The translations under genes and the position numbers were made by a program. A stretch of DNA of 60,007 nt, the filler included, from Stramenopiles sp. TOSAG23-2 (taxonomy: Eukaryota): assembly GCA_900128395.1 (NCBI GenBank). It is 4 parts of 4 records of this genome, joined end to end, with 100 filler letters (N's around TTAATTAATTAA, not from the genome) between each part and the next. Parts side by side here need not be neighbours in the genome. Positions count along the whole stretch, not along the records: positions 1 to 14,953 come from LT649737.1; 3 more parts are not named here. The stretch is one strand, 5' to 3'. This document shows, in pieces, positions 1 to 11,986 of this stretch (within the stretch, counting starts at the first letter, position 1; each line of letters begins with the position of its first letter). The notes below the pieces were generated by a model. It made no database searches. It was not told the DNA's origin and saw only the letters and a list, made by a program, of their open reading frames with translations.

Positions 1-233
1 ATGTTTTTCCTTTGTTTTCATGTAATGAAATGAAAAATCCATCATCATAACAATGTTTTAGTATAATTTAGGTTGAAAATGTTGATTTTAATGAAATTGG
101 ATGGAAAATATGCGCAATCCCATTGTTTTAGTGCTAGCTAGTGTTATTTATAGTACAAAGTAAATCTCAATTATATACTGCTGTACAATATATATCTACG
201 CCACATTTTTGTTTTTATTTGTAACATTTTACT

Positions 234-929
234 TCAACCTTTCCAACCATTCTTCTTTGCAATAGCAAACCTATTTTCCCAATCTTTACAATTATATTTG
301 TTAGCATCAGTACACGGATTTCCCTCGATGCAACTACAACCTTCAACTCGTTCTACGTTCGTGCTACTGATAGTGACATTACTATCAGCAGCTATACGAG
401 CTCTCACTTTCTCCATATCTTTTTGATATTGGTCTGGATTTTCATAAACAACAACAGTATATGACCGCGGTTCATCTTCATATGTATACATCTGATCAAA
501 TGCTTCCTTACCATCTTCCAATGTTATTTTTGGTTGGAAAGGAATAGGTAAATCACTCATTTCTAGTTTATGCATGGCTTCTAATGTCATGTTATTTAAA
601 AGTGCTAGTTTACATCCGGGCATTACGTCGCTTAGACAATAATCTTCATCAATTTTCTCTACATTTATCTTACCATTCTCTATTGGAAATAACTCTTGAT
701 ATTGCTGGTAAATCATTTTCACTTTGCCAGTATCTACCCTTCTAGCAATCTCGGCCAGCCTCTCTGTTTCCTTCTCAATAATTCCATAACCTTCCGCTAA
801 CTTTTGCCGTAATCTTGCTACTTCAGCTTGATAATCTTTTATATCGTCTATTTTAATCTTCGTAGAGTTTTTTATTTCTTCAGTTATTACAATATTGATA
901 CTTTGCGGTACAGACACGCCGCTCCCCAT
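234..929 (-). CDS. Hypothetical protein with N-myristoylation-type start and C-terminal Cys module
   Basis: 231-aa ORF starting MGSGVS (MGxxxS) and ending VEGCSCIEGNPCTDANKYNCKDWENRFAIAKKNGWKG. Confidence 0.7.
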   Translation of the reverse strand: MGSGVSVPQSINIVITEEIKNSTKIKIDDIKDYQAEVARLRQKLAEGYGIIEKETERLAEIARRVDTGKVKMIYQQYQELFPIENGKINVEKIDEDYCLSDVMPGCKLALLNNMTLEAMHKLEMSDLPIPFQPKITLEDGKEAFDQMYTYEDEPRSYTVVVYENPDQYQKDMEKVRARIAADSNVTISSTNVERVEGCSCIEGNPCTDANKYNCKDWENRFAIAKKNGWKG

Positions 930-1416
930 ATGGTTATTTTATTGTGTTATATATTATTTGATATTGTACTGTGTGTGTATATATATCTATATATCTAGAT
1001 GAACGTATTGTTATTCTAATATCTATCTATTTATCTACCTATCTATCTATCTATATATTATATAACGTATCCCACAATCCTGGCAATAGTTGTATAGTAC
1101 TAATAATAATTGATAAAAGTTACCAGGTACAAGTTGTTGTTTATAAGCTGGTAAGCCAGTAAGCTTACTACTGTAAATAAAAACACTGTGATGATGGAAG
1201 CACTAACAGGCGCACAGCACCTAGAAAATAATCCATAAAAAAATACATATTATTAATCCAGGTAAATACCAACATCATCATAATTAGAAAATGCAAATGT
1301 AAAATTCATCTCATATATAAGATTATTAAAGGGATGGACCAAGAAAAATAAAAATCCATAAGCTTATAGAATATTATCCATTACGAACATCATCGAAAAT
1401 CATACGACGAAAGAAA

Positions 1417-2622
1417 ATGTATCGATTGAATAAAAGGGGAGGATATTCTCCAAGGAATAGCAATCGAAGAAATAGGGCTAATAGAGGAAGTGAAGGTAGG
1501 ATGAATAATAATAGTGTCAACTCGGAAGCTATGTTTTATCAACAATATTTATCATCTTTACAAATGAAAAGAGCTAATTTAAAACAAAAACGAAAAGAAA
1601 TTTCAAGGCAAAAAGATGTATTAAATGGTGTGGACCGCAGTGAAATGTATACTGGACGCAATAGCAATGAACTGCTGAGTATTGATACGAAAATGGAAAG
1701 GCCGATTATTTTTAATAGTAGCAACGGTAAACCGGAATATATATCACCAAAGAAATATTTATTAAATTACCAAAGTGCCGAGCCGGTTAATAGTAATAAT
1801 GATAATAATAACAACATAATAAATAGAATGTCATCATCATCATCACAGTCCACAGCAACTGTATCATCGTCAAAATACACAACGACCGAGAATAAAGATT
1901 ACATTATTGAAAATTTAAAGAGACAACTTGAAAAAGAAAAAGAAATCACGGCTTTAATGCGTACATCATTGATTGAAGTTCAAAATCAGAAACTTGAATT
2001 AGAAAATAATAGTCAACAAAGTCGAGATCAACTCAAATCTACGCTACGCGTTGCTGAAGCGAAAGTTAATGGATTTGAAACCATTTTAGATGAAAATAGA
2101 CAACTTAAATTAGAAATATCGAATCAGCAAACCTTAATTGAAAAACTATATTCACAGTTAAGAAAGAACGCTGAAGCAAAAGGAACTCATGAGGGGCAAC
2201 TTAAAGTAAATCAATACAATAATATTCGAATGTTAAAAACATTTGAAATTGAAAACGCTAATTTAAAGCAATTGTTGGAAGTTGCAACACAAGAGAAATT
2301 GGAAGCACAAAACCAGGCAGATTTGGATCGACAAGATTTACTAGATTCTCGTGATATTATTGTTTCTTTAAGAGACGCAGTGAAAGAAGCACAAAAGTTA
2401 AACAACAATAATAATAATAAAAAGGTTAAACTTAATAACAAAGATAGTAATTATAAAATGTTAGATGCAGAGAATACAAAATTGAACAATGAAAATAATA
2501 AATTGCGTAATGAACTTCAAATGTTAGAGATAGAGCAAATGAAATTGTTAGAAGATGCGCAAAAAGACGCGGTTACAATAAAAAATTATCAAAATCAAGA
2601 AAGACATTCATTTTTGAATTAA
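1417..2622 (+). CDS. Coiled-coil hypothetical protein
   Basis: 401-aa ORF; heptad-like E/K/Q/L-rich C-terminal half; poly-Asn tracts as in neighbouring genes. Confidence 0.7.
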   Translation: MYRLNKRGGYSPRNSNRRNRANRGSEGRMNNNSVNSEAMFYQQYLSSLQMKRANLKQKRKEISRQKDVLNGVDRSEMYTGRNSNELLSIDTKMERPIIFNSSNGKPEYISPKKYLLNYQSAEPVNSNNDNNNNIINRMSSSSSQSTATVSSSKYTTTENKDYIIENLKRQLEKEKEITALMRTSLIEVQNQKLELENNSQQSRDQLKSTLRVAEAKVNGFETILDENRQLKLEISNQQTLIEKLYSQLRKNAEAKGTHEGQLKVNQYNNIRMLKTFEIENANLKQLLEVATQEKLEAQNQADLDRQDLLDSRDIIVSLRDAVKEAQKLNNNNNNKKVKLNNKDSNYKMLDAENTKLNNENNKLRNELQMLEIEQMKLLEDAQKDAVTIKNYQNQERHSFLN

Positions 2623-2733
2623 AAAATACGCACACACACATAATATTATATATTATTAATACATATTTTATAAAATATGTATGATACCACATACACACAA
2701 CATGTAATTTTTTTAACGATCTATCTCCAATCT

Positions 2734-5018
2734 CTACATCAACGGACAGCTACCTTCGAGAGCTGTACCTGAACATGAACCTCGTTTTTGTTGTGGAGAG
2801 GACGGATTCTTTAGCGATTTTATTGATTTTAATGTAGGCAGATCACTAGCATTCATATCATCACCTACACTACTGCCACCGACTTTCTCGTTATTGTTAT
2901 CGCGTTTTATATCATTTAGATTCAAAATATCTACATTAAGCGCCTTCTCATTTGCAGGCGATGGAAAAGTTGAGGGAGAATACTCCCGTGGAGGTTTTCT
3001 AACTCGTTGAGGGGTACTATATGCAGCATCGTATTCCTTTCTTGACCATCCCGTGCATCCAACTCTACTAAGAAAATTATCAAATGCCCCAACCATTTCC
3101 TCCTCTTCTTTCTCATAAATTGAATTAATAGGTTTTTCAATGCAGATCATAACAGATGTATGGACTCGCATCACTTGCTTAAATTCAATCAACGACAGGC
3201 AATCAGTTTCATCCATGTGAAAAAGACTTCGTACAATACCAGAATCCACTCTATCTCTAACCAAATGCACGGACGCTGGAATTCCATACCAATCTTCTGA
3301 TAATTTCAATAAAGCTGCATATATTGATAATGCCATTTCCTTGTCAACAACATTGTATCCTAATTCTGTTGAATACCTGGCATACATTAAAAAGCATGTA
3401 TTTAATTTTTGTTCACCACTTAATGTAGAGACTAAGATACAGCTGCATAGCAATTCTTTATTACTTAAGACACTCTTACTGCCCCTATCCATCACTGAAA
3501 ACAAATGACTGGCAAACGAATGGGCTATTTCTAACTGTGGATTTGGCATACTACATTGCACATCGCTATTATTATTTTTGTAATTTCTATTAATTTCATT
3601 ATTTGGATTGTTATTATCATTATCCTCATTAAATGCATGAACAGTGGCCTTAACAAATAGTTCTTGAAATTGTACTAAATTTGATTTTGTTGAAAATGAT
3701 GAAGCTAATTTAATTTTTTTCTCAGGTGAATCTAATTGGCTATTATTTGATTTTTCCTCTTCATTGCCGTTGGTACCATTATTAATTGATATTTCTACAT
3801 CAGCTACATCATCTATTAGTTCATAATGTAAATTATCTAAACGTTTCGAATTTAAAAATTGCATATCAATCGTTGTTTTCCTTGATTGAATAACGTTAAG
3901 TTCTGCACGCCTCACTTTTAATACATAATTTTCATGTATACTCCTGAACCAATGTTTATCAATTTTTGGCAAAGACTCATCCTTCCACGGAAACGTTCCA
4001 TTATTATCTTGTGAATTTAATTGAATTACTTTGTCTTTAATAGACCGAACAAATGTAATACCACTATCTAATAAAATATCATTACTACGTTCTTTTGTAG
4101 TAGTATTGCTTTTGGTTTTTTCTTCTTCTATAAGAATCTTACCATAATGAAGCAATAAACGCAATGACATTTCATGCAAACGATATGTAACTTTATAATT
4201 ATTATTAGTATGATCACTTGATTTCTTTTTATTTATACCAGATAATAAATGTTTCCATGCAAGTATAGTAACATCAGGTTGCATTGCATGTACAAATAAT
4301 GGCAACATCCATTGAAAAACAAATAAATTTAAAACGGTCTCATACGAAGATCCCATGTATATTTCTATTTCTGGCGCATATTTACGAACTATATGTTGAA
4401 AAATTAAACATTCTTCCATACCAGCTTTTTTGAAAAAATTACTTGGCAATTTAGTGGTTAAAATGTTTAAAAACCAGAATGTTTCTTTCTTTGTAAGATA
4501 TTCTAAACATAAAGCAGTTAAAAAATTCATTCCTTGAACATACCCAATACTACGATTATGCACTGCATATGCTAATAAAACTTCACGCATATCTCCCCTT
4601 TTTTGACCAGTATTACTATCTTTCAACATGTTACCAAATGAGCGATTTAAATCTACATCTACTTGAGCGCATTCCTTCGTTGACAATACTCTGATAATCT
4701 GTGGGTTAAATTCTTCATATTCTTTTGAATTTAAAAAGTCTTGAACCAATGATACTAAATTTTCATAATAATCCTTATCATATTTTCCCCCTTCTTGAAG
4801 TGCCATACGGCTCATCCATTCTGTATTAACTTTATTATTTTTGGTGCTACTACTATCATAACCCTTGTTATTATCATATTCTTGATGATGCTGTTGTTGT
4901 TGCCCTTGTTGCATGGAATTATTATTATTATCATTTCGTATTATCGTTGGAATATTATTTTCATTACTAGTATCACTCTTAATTTCTTCTTTTAAAAATG
5001 TAATCTTTCGAGCTATTC

Positions 5019-5049
<31 letters not shown>

Positions 5050-5139
5050 TACTTGGCTATCATTTTTTTTATCCTTATATGTTATGTTTGATGAGATACT
5101 TTCATTTCCCTCATCAGCTGTTGATTCCATTTCATCCAT
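2734..5139 (-). CDS. TBC-domain Rab GTPase-activating protein with degenerate EF-hand-like region and CaaX end
   Basis: R-finger VDVDLNRSF, Q-finger IGYVQGMNF; EF-like LFSVMDRGSKSVLSNKELL...GEQKLNTCFLMY; ends CPLM. Confidence 0.85.
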
Positions 5140-5902
5140 TTTAAATATTGAAAGGATATTAGGTATAGTCGTCTATATATATAACTGTTATCAAAGCATA
5201 CGTCTCTCTCTCTCTCTCTCTCTCTCTCCCCATTATCTTTTAATCTTATATTTTTAGTAATAATAAAAGTGAAAATATATATACCAGTATGTATATAATA
5301 CTACTACACGATTGTTGAGAATAGTAGACGACTATAGACGACTCTAGACTACCACGGTGGTAGGTGAAAGATATACTATATACAAAATAAAAAGTTGTCG
5401 ATAATATTTTATTATATTTATAATAATATGGCCATAGCACTAGTTATAATAGACGACTCCAATTACCACCAGTGGTATACCATATTTTTTGTAAATTTAA
5501 CAAAAGATATTCATCAAGAAAAAGATTCCTTTACCTTCTCGTCAAAAGGTGCAAAGATCCAAAATCCCACATTTTACATTTTGGGGACAATTTTGAAATT
5601 TCCGTATATTTTAATATACTACTGTATTATACCCTAGCTACGAGGCCGTAGCTATAAACCAATAAACCAACCTTCCAGCCATCCCATTTTATTAATTTCA
5701 CATCATTTTAATTTCTCTCCTCACCCCAAAAAAGAGATTGATTTGTGATTTCACACACATCATTTCTTTGTTTTTTGTATTATTATATATATTTAGAATG
5801 TATTTGATGCGTGTAGCTTATGTGTGAAAGTGTGAATGTGGTTTGTAAGATTGGGAAACAAAAAAATCCAAATGTAAAACGACTAATAAATTAACAATAA
5901 TA

Positions 5903-6910
5903 ATGGCGTCAATGATAGATTTTAAACAATTGATGAAAGAGGAACGTGAACGGTTTAAACAACAAACGAAAAAAAATGCCACCACATTAACAAAAAATGA
6001 TAATAATAATAAAGATGCAATAACTACTCAACTTACTCAAGATTTAATAAAGGAAATAAATAAAAAATATGATAGTCTTGAAATAAAGGAGTTGAAAATT
6101 AACGAAAAGCATGAACATAAAACCATAAAAGATTTTGAAATTAAACATAACATTTTAAAAAATAGTATCTATTATGTTCCAGACGTTTTAACGGAGGATA
6201 GTTATAATATCATTAATACCATCATCAATACATCAACCGAAAAATGTTGGACACAATTAAAAACCAGAAAACTTCAAATATGGGGTGGACATGTTGGACT
6301 TGATAAAGAAGGATCAGCAGTGCCAAATTATTTATCAGATTTATCAACATTATTGAATAGTCATTTTAAAATATTTAATGAATCAAGCACGAATAATCAT
6401 AATAATAGTAATAATACTACAATTACTAGTAGTAACTTTAAGAATGATGAGGAGGATGATATTTATATGAAGATGAATAATAATAATAACAAGAATGAAA
6501 CTCCCAATCACTATCTAATTAATAATTATTTTCCGGGAGAAGGTATTTTGCCACATCAAGATGGGCCAAGTTATTTACCTAAAGTTGTTATTTTAAGTTT
6601 GCAAGAAAGTTGTGTATTTTCATTTTATAAATACATAGAAGGAAATAGCAATGAAAGGCGTGATCAACCACCAGTTGCATCATTATGTTTAAAACCTAAT
6701 AGTTTACTTTTTTTTACAAACGATGCATATCATAAATATTTACATAGTATTGCAGCTGTTGTTGAAGATGTTATCGATAGTGAAGCTTGTGGTATGACAT
6801 TGAATAAAGAAGAAGCAAATGTTGTCACTGATGAAAAAATATGTAGAATCAATAGTCGTATATCCTGTACAATTCGGAAAGTCTTTTGGCAAAAGGAAAA
6901 TATTCTGTAA
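5903..6910 (+). CDS. ALKBH6: AlkB-family 2OG-Fe(II) dioxygenase, ALKBH6-like
   Basis: WTQLKTRKLQIWGG, PNHYLINNYFPGEGILPHQDGP (HxD), YLHSI, RISCTIR. Confidence 0.85.
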   Translation: MASMIDFKQLMKEERERFKQQTKKNATTLTKNDNNNKDAITTQLTQDLIKEINKKYDSLEIKELKINEKHEHKTIKDFEIKHNILKNSIYYVPDVLTEDSYNIINTIINTSTEKCWTQLKTRKLQIWGGHVGLDKEGSAVPNYLSDLSTLLNSHFKIFNESSTNNHNNSNNTTITSSNFKNDEEDDIYMKMNNNNNKNETPNHYLINNYFPGEGILPHQDGPSYLPKVVILSLQESCVFSFYKYIEGNSNERRDQPPVASLCLKPNSLLFFTNDAYHKYLHSIAAVVEDVIDSEACGMTLNKEEANVVTDEKICRINSRISCTIRKVFWQKENIL

Positions 6911-7151
6911 TACTGCGAAATGTGTGTTAAAAAAATATTTATAACACGTTTATAGACGACTAATGTATAGCTATACCTGCGATATAAAAATAATACACAT
7001 CATTATTATTTTTACTTTATTATTATCTCACAACTTTCAAAAATTATTAGTCTATTTAATAATAATATATTGAATGAGACTAAATCAATTTCAAATTAAA
7101 TTGGAAAGACACATAAACACACACACACACACACACACACATACAATAAAG

Positions 7152-10112
7152 ATGGCAACGTTTTGGAAGCCGGGAGAAGCTGGACCGACTTTAGACGTCA
7201 AAACAGGAAAGTATGAAGCTGAAACCACCACCACATTTCATTACAATCCAAATGTTTCTAGAGATATACGTCGACAAAGATTATTATTGCCAATAAAACA
7301 TTTCAGAGAAGGTATATTATATCATGTAGCAAATTATAGTACAGTAATTATTTTAGGTCTCTCAGGATGTGGCAAATCAACGCAAATACCACAATATTTA
7401 TATGAAAGCGGTTGGGCATCAAATAATAATATCAAGAACAACAACAATAATAATAACCTTGGAAATAGTAGTAGTAGCAGCAGCACCACCACCACGACAA
7501 CTACTATATCATCTGTTAGAAACTCATTTGCTTCATCTTCACAAATAATTGCTTCTGTACAACCTACAAGAACGGCTGCTCTTATGCTTGCATCACGAAT
7601 AGCAGAGGAAAGTGGTTCAAGTGTAGGAAAAGGCGGAATAGTTGGTTGTAATGTTCAATACTTTCCACATGTAGATAATAAAACCTGTAAAATAAAGATA
7701 TTAACAAATGAAATGATTTTACGAGAAGTTTATAGAGATCCACTTTTGTTGAAATATTCTGTTATTATCATAGATCAAATCGATGAACGAACGACAGATA
7801 TGGATATATTATTTGGTGTTGTAAAAAATATTAAGAAAAAACGTCCAAATCTACGTCTAATTCTTTGTGCAGCTACTACATCTGCGGTCAAATTAAAAGA
7901 TTTCTTTGATGAAAATAATAATATAAAGGTATCAAGTAGTAATAATAATAACGATAATGATTTGGTTAATGATGATAATAAAAATGTAAATAATAATAAT
8001 AATACTACTGATAATAATTCCACATCAATAATAATATGTGTATCACATAAAAGTGAACAATCACAAGTTTCTACTTATTATTTAGACAATCCATGTGGTG
8101 ATTTTATTAAAGCAACTGTTCGTGCCGTTTTAAGTATTATAAATGGTAATTATGATAATGATGGTGGCAAACTTGGTGGCAATACTAGTAATACTGGTGG
8201 AAACCGCAGCCGCAATGATCGTAATAATGTTCAGAAAAATGATGGTGGTATACTTGTATTCATGCCGGGAAAATTTGAAGTTGAAACAACTGTGAGGTGG
8301 CTAAAAGACGAATTATTGCCATATGACAATTCTTTCCAAGGAAATTTATATAAAAGTAACAACAACAACAACAATCGACATAATAATAATAATTACAATA
8401 ATACTAACAATCGCTCTGGTACATCAACAACTGTGCTACCGCTTCATAGTAAATTGTCTAATAATGAACAGTTGCGTTGCTTTTTGAAACCACGAAATGG
8501 GGAAAGAAAAATTATTGTAGCAACAAATATAGCAGAGACATCTTTGACTGTTCCAGGAATCACCTATGTAATTGATACTATGTTCACTCGATTTAGCCAT
8601 TATAATGCGGAAACAGGGAAGCAATCCATTGTTACAACTCCAATTTCTCAATTGTCCGCTACTCAACGTGCAAATCGTGCCGGGCGTAATGTTTTGAAAA
8701 GTGGAAAATGTTTTCGTTTATGCACAGAATCTGCGTTTATGTCATTAAAAGATGAGTCTATACCAGAAATTTGTCGCTCGAATTTAATTCAGCAATGCTT
8801 ATATTTAAAAAGCATCGGTATCGTCGATTTTAGTCAATTTTCATTTTTGGATATGCCACATATTTATTCTTTTGCAAGGGCATTTGAAGCATTGCATGCG
8901 CTTGGAGCAATTAATATGGATGGTACATTAACAACATTTGGTCAAACAATTAGTAGATTTCAATGCTCACCATATATTGCGAAAGTTTTATTAAATTCAT
9001 TGAATCAAAATTGTACGGAGGAAATCTTAACTATTTGTGCAATGTTGCAAATTAAAAATGTATTTGTTTACCCTCGCAATCAAGAAAAATTGAAGGAAGC
9101 AACTGAAGTTTTTAAAGCATTTGCATCGGAACATGGCAGTGATCATTTGACTTTGTTAACGGTTTACAATCAATTTACAGGGATCCTTGGTCGGAGCTCA
9201 AGAAAATGGTCCCAAATTAATTTTTGTAATCATAATGCTCTTCTTCGCGCTAAAAGCATTCGTAAAGAAATGGCACTTCAATTAAAAAAATCTATTCCTC
9301 CGGGACAAAATTTTCCAAGTTGTGGGGAAGATGATACTGAGCCAATTTTAAAATGCATTTTGTCTGGTTTTTTCATAAACATACTTGCAAAGGAAAAAGG
9401 TGATTATGTATATAAAACTGTGAAAGATAATCGTGTGGTAAAATTTGATAAGTATTCAATGCTTGAAATGTTTCCTACCAATGTAGAAGATCCACCACAA
9501 TGGATAATGTATTACGATGCATATGATGCAGGGATCAATGAAGGTGAAATTGTATACAATTTATCAATCATTCCAGACATACAGTGGCTTATGGATGTGG
9601 CATCGCATTATTATCACTTAAAACATTCAAAATATTCTTTGGATCCTAATACTGCAGGCGATTATTTAAAGGATTTTAAAGTTGATTATAGTTTAGTTGA
9701 AGATGGTGGTGGTGGTGGTGGTGGTACAAGTAATAATAGAAGGAGAAGGAAAAAAAAAAGAGGAGAACGAAAAAATGTGAAAAAAGCAAGTAATAATTTA
9801 AATGATGATGATGATGCTAATAATAATAGTAATAATAATATGAGACTTATTAGTGCTGCTGATAGATCATCAAAGAGTCCAAGTATTTATAATGATGATA
9901 AAGAGTTAAGAAACGGAGGGAATAATGGAAATGAAATATTAATAGAGATAGAAGAAGACGAGGAAATGAAAAAAAAGAGATTACAAATCAAAAAAGAAGA
10001 GGAAGAAAGGCGTCAAAAGAAACGTAAATTGAGAAAAAGACGACGAGAATTAAAGAAGAAAAAAAGGAAAATGACAGTTGCTGAATTGCTTGGTGGACAT
10101 GAAAAAATATAA
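7152..10112 (+). CDS. DHX35: DEAH/RHA RNA helicase, DHX35-like, with degenerate motif II
   Basis: N-terminal FWKPG typical of DHX35; GCGKSTQIPQYL, ATNIAETSLT, QRANRAGR and HA2 region (SDHLTLL). ATG 7152 preferred because the upstream extension is a (CA)n microsatellite. Confidence 0.8.
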   Translation: MATFWKPGEAGPTLDVKTGKYEAETTTTFHYNPNVSRDIRRQRLLLPIKHFREGILYHVANYSTVIILGLSGCGKSTQIPQYLYESGWASNNNIKNNNNNNNLGNSSSSSSTTTTTTTISSVRNSFASSSQIIASVQPTRTAALMLASRIAEESGSSVGKGGIVGCNVQYFPHVDNKTCKIKILTNEMILREVYRDPLLLKYSVIIIDQIDERTTDMDILFGVVKNIKKKRPNLRLILCAATTSAVKLKDFFDENNNIKVSSSNNNNDNDLVNDDNKNVNNNNNTTDNNSTSIIICVSHKSEQSQVSTYYLDNPCGDFIKATVRAVLSIINGNYDNDGGKLGGNTSNTGGNRSRNDRNNVQKNDGGILVFMPGKFEVETTVRWLKDELLPYDNSFQGNLYKSNNNNNNRHNNNNYNNTNNRSGTSTTVLPLHSKLSNNEQLRCFLKPRNGERKIIVATNIAETSLTVPGITYVIDTMFTRFSHYNAETGKQSIVTTPISQLSATQRANRAGRNVLKSGKCFRLCTESAFMSLKDESIPEICRSNLIQQCLYLKSIGIVDFSQFSFLDMPHIYSFARAFEALHALGAINMDGTLTTFGQTISRFQCSPYIAKVLLNSLNQNCTEEILTICAMLQIKNVFVYPRNQEKLKEATEVFKAFASEHGSDHLTLLTVYNQFTGILGRSSRKWSQINFCNHNALLRAKSIRKEMALQLKKSIPPGQNFPSCGEDDTEPILKCILSGFFINILAKEKGDYVYKTVKDNRVVKFDKYSMLEMFPTNVEDPPQWIMYYDAYDAGINEGEIVYNLSIIPDIQWLMDVASHYYHLKHSKYSLDPNTAGDYLKDFKVDYSLVEDGGGGGGGTSNNRRRRKKKRGERKNVKKASNNLNDDDDANNNSNNNMRLISAADRSSKSPSIYNDDKELRNGGNNGNEILIEIEEDEEMKKKRLQIKKEEEERRQKKRKLRKRRRELKKKKRKMTVAELLGGHEKI

Positions 10113-10304
10113 AATTGTCATATGTAGTGTTGTAAAATTATTCACGTATATATGATATATATTATATATTATATGAAGAGCAATAATTTCGTAAAATCCT
10201 TTTGTGTCATCACCTAACATAGCTGCTTTTCCAACTGCTTCACCAGCAGTTAACGACGAAATGTTTTATTATATTATAATATAAATATATATACCATATA
10301 TATT

Positions 10305-10556
10305 TTATTTCATTCCTATTGACTTTAATACTATAGCTTTTACATCTGCACGTGTAAAAAATTCAGCAGCAAAAATTTCAGGCTTTTCAGGTTTATCTTC
10401 TAGTAAAGTACGCATAAAAAGAGAAACTAAAGCTTTTAATTCAGGATGAGATCGTAAATATTTTTCATTATTTAATCTCATTTGCACCTTTTGTTGGTGC
10501 AATTTTTCCTGCTGCTGTTTTGACAGTATATTATATTCACTATCCGCTTCCGCCAT
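10305..10556 (-). CDS. RIIAD1: RIIa domain-containing protein 1 (ciliary)
   Basis: LSKQQQEKLHQQKVQMRLNNEKYLRSHPELKALVSLFMRTLLEDKPEKPEIFAAEFFT; first true ATG (MAEAD) at 10556. Confidence 0.8.
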   Translation of the reverse strand: MAEADSEYNILSKQQQEKLHQQKVQMRLNNEKYLRSHPELKALVSLFMRTLLEDKPEKPEIFAAEFFTRADVKAIVLKSIGMK

Positions 10557-11203
10557 TTGTCTTATTGATATTTTATATATAATATACTTATTTTTGTAAT
10601 TACAATATCTTATCTTATTTACACTTAATATAATATTATTACCCGAAGACGACAAATGTTTTTTCTTTCCTTCCAGTACATAATTCTTTTTCCTTTCTAT
10701 AATTCTACACCGTAATGTTGCTAATATAGATATATGTTCTAGCGAAAAAATAATAAAATATAATAACGTTTTACCATTGCAAACCTGGCAAAACGTTCCA
10801 ACGTATTGCTAAAAATCTAAAAATAGAATTTCTCACACTATCAAAAGATCCATAATTTATACTTGAAAGTATAAATTAGAATATTAACAAAATACTCACA
10901 TACACACATCCTTAATTACGATACCTTAAATGCATCTTTTTGTGCCGCCGGGTTTAGGTTTTCCAGCAGTTTTCTTGTTTTTTGTCCATTTTTTATTATT
11001 TATTATTAATTTTACCTGACTAGAAAATGTAATATTACGAGTTACTTGAATAGTTTTCGTTTCTTGCGCGCTCTTTTTTTTTTTTCATGCTTTCTCTCAT
11101 GCTTTCTGGCTTTTCTCTCTCTCTCTCAGTGTGCGTTTGGATTGATCAATTCAATGAATTTATTTGTTCATCGTTTCCAATCCTTTTATGAATAAGAAAT
11201 AGA

Positions 11204-11986
11204 ATGGCATTTAGAAGAGGCAATAATAATGGTCGAAATCCATTTAATATATCACCAGTAACAAGTCCAAGGAATAATAATAATAACTATCGTCCCCGTG
11301 GTCCTCGTCGCATAGCTCGTAATAATAACAACAATAATAATACATCTTCATTTAATGACAGACCAATCATGTCTGGAGGCAATCGTACGTTTGCATCTGG
11401 TAGATCCAGTTATAATTTAAATTTCATTGATTTAGAAAATGAGTGGGAAAGATTGGACCAAGATGAATTGGATGACTTGATAGATGAAGATGAAGAAATG
11501 GAAGCAAATTTGCAACGTCAGTGGTCAATAGATTATAATACATATTTAGAAGAGTTAGATAATAATAATAATAATAATAATAATAACAGTAATATTACGA
11601 ACAACAATAACAACTTAGCAAGGGGGACAAATCCCAATGCCAACATTAATATGAATAGTAGAGCACAAGCTTTAACTGCAACAGCACTAGAACATGGATT
11701 TAATGGTTTAAATCCAACTATTGCTGCTAGCCTTAAAGTTATTGTGTTTCAAGGAGATACACAAAATAATGTCTGTGGCGTATGTCTTGATAATATTAAT
11801 ACTGGCGATAGAATATATGATTTAAAATGTTTTCATCAGTTTCATGTCAAATGCTTACGTCCATGGTTACCGCGTAGTAGCTTATGTCCAATGTGTAGAC
11901 AAGAAATAGAACCTAAGCCAGAAGAAAGATTGAAAACAATGTCAAATAATGATATGAAAAAAAAGAAACCATCTCGAAAAAAATGA
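11204..11986 (+). CDS. RING-H2 finger E3 ubiquitin ligase
   Basis: CGVC...CFHQFHVKC..PWL...CPMCR (C3H2C3). Confidence 0.88.
   Translation: MAFRRGNNNGRNPFNISPVTSPRNNNNNYRPRGPRRIARNNNNNNNTSSFNDRPIMSGGNRTFASGRSSYNLNFIDLENEWERLDQDELDDLIDEDEEMEANLQRQWSIDYNTYLEELDNNNNNNNNNSNITNNNNNLARGTNPNANINMNSRAQALTATALEHGFNGLNPTIAASLKVIVFQGDTQNNVCGVCLDNINTGDRIYDLKCFHQFHVKCLRPWLPRSSLCPMCRQEIEPKPEERLKTMSNNDMKKKKPSRKK

Noticed and set aside
10950-10963. Telomere-like gggtttaggtttt (also near 22431)
   Set aside because: One or two imperfect units only; not an array.
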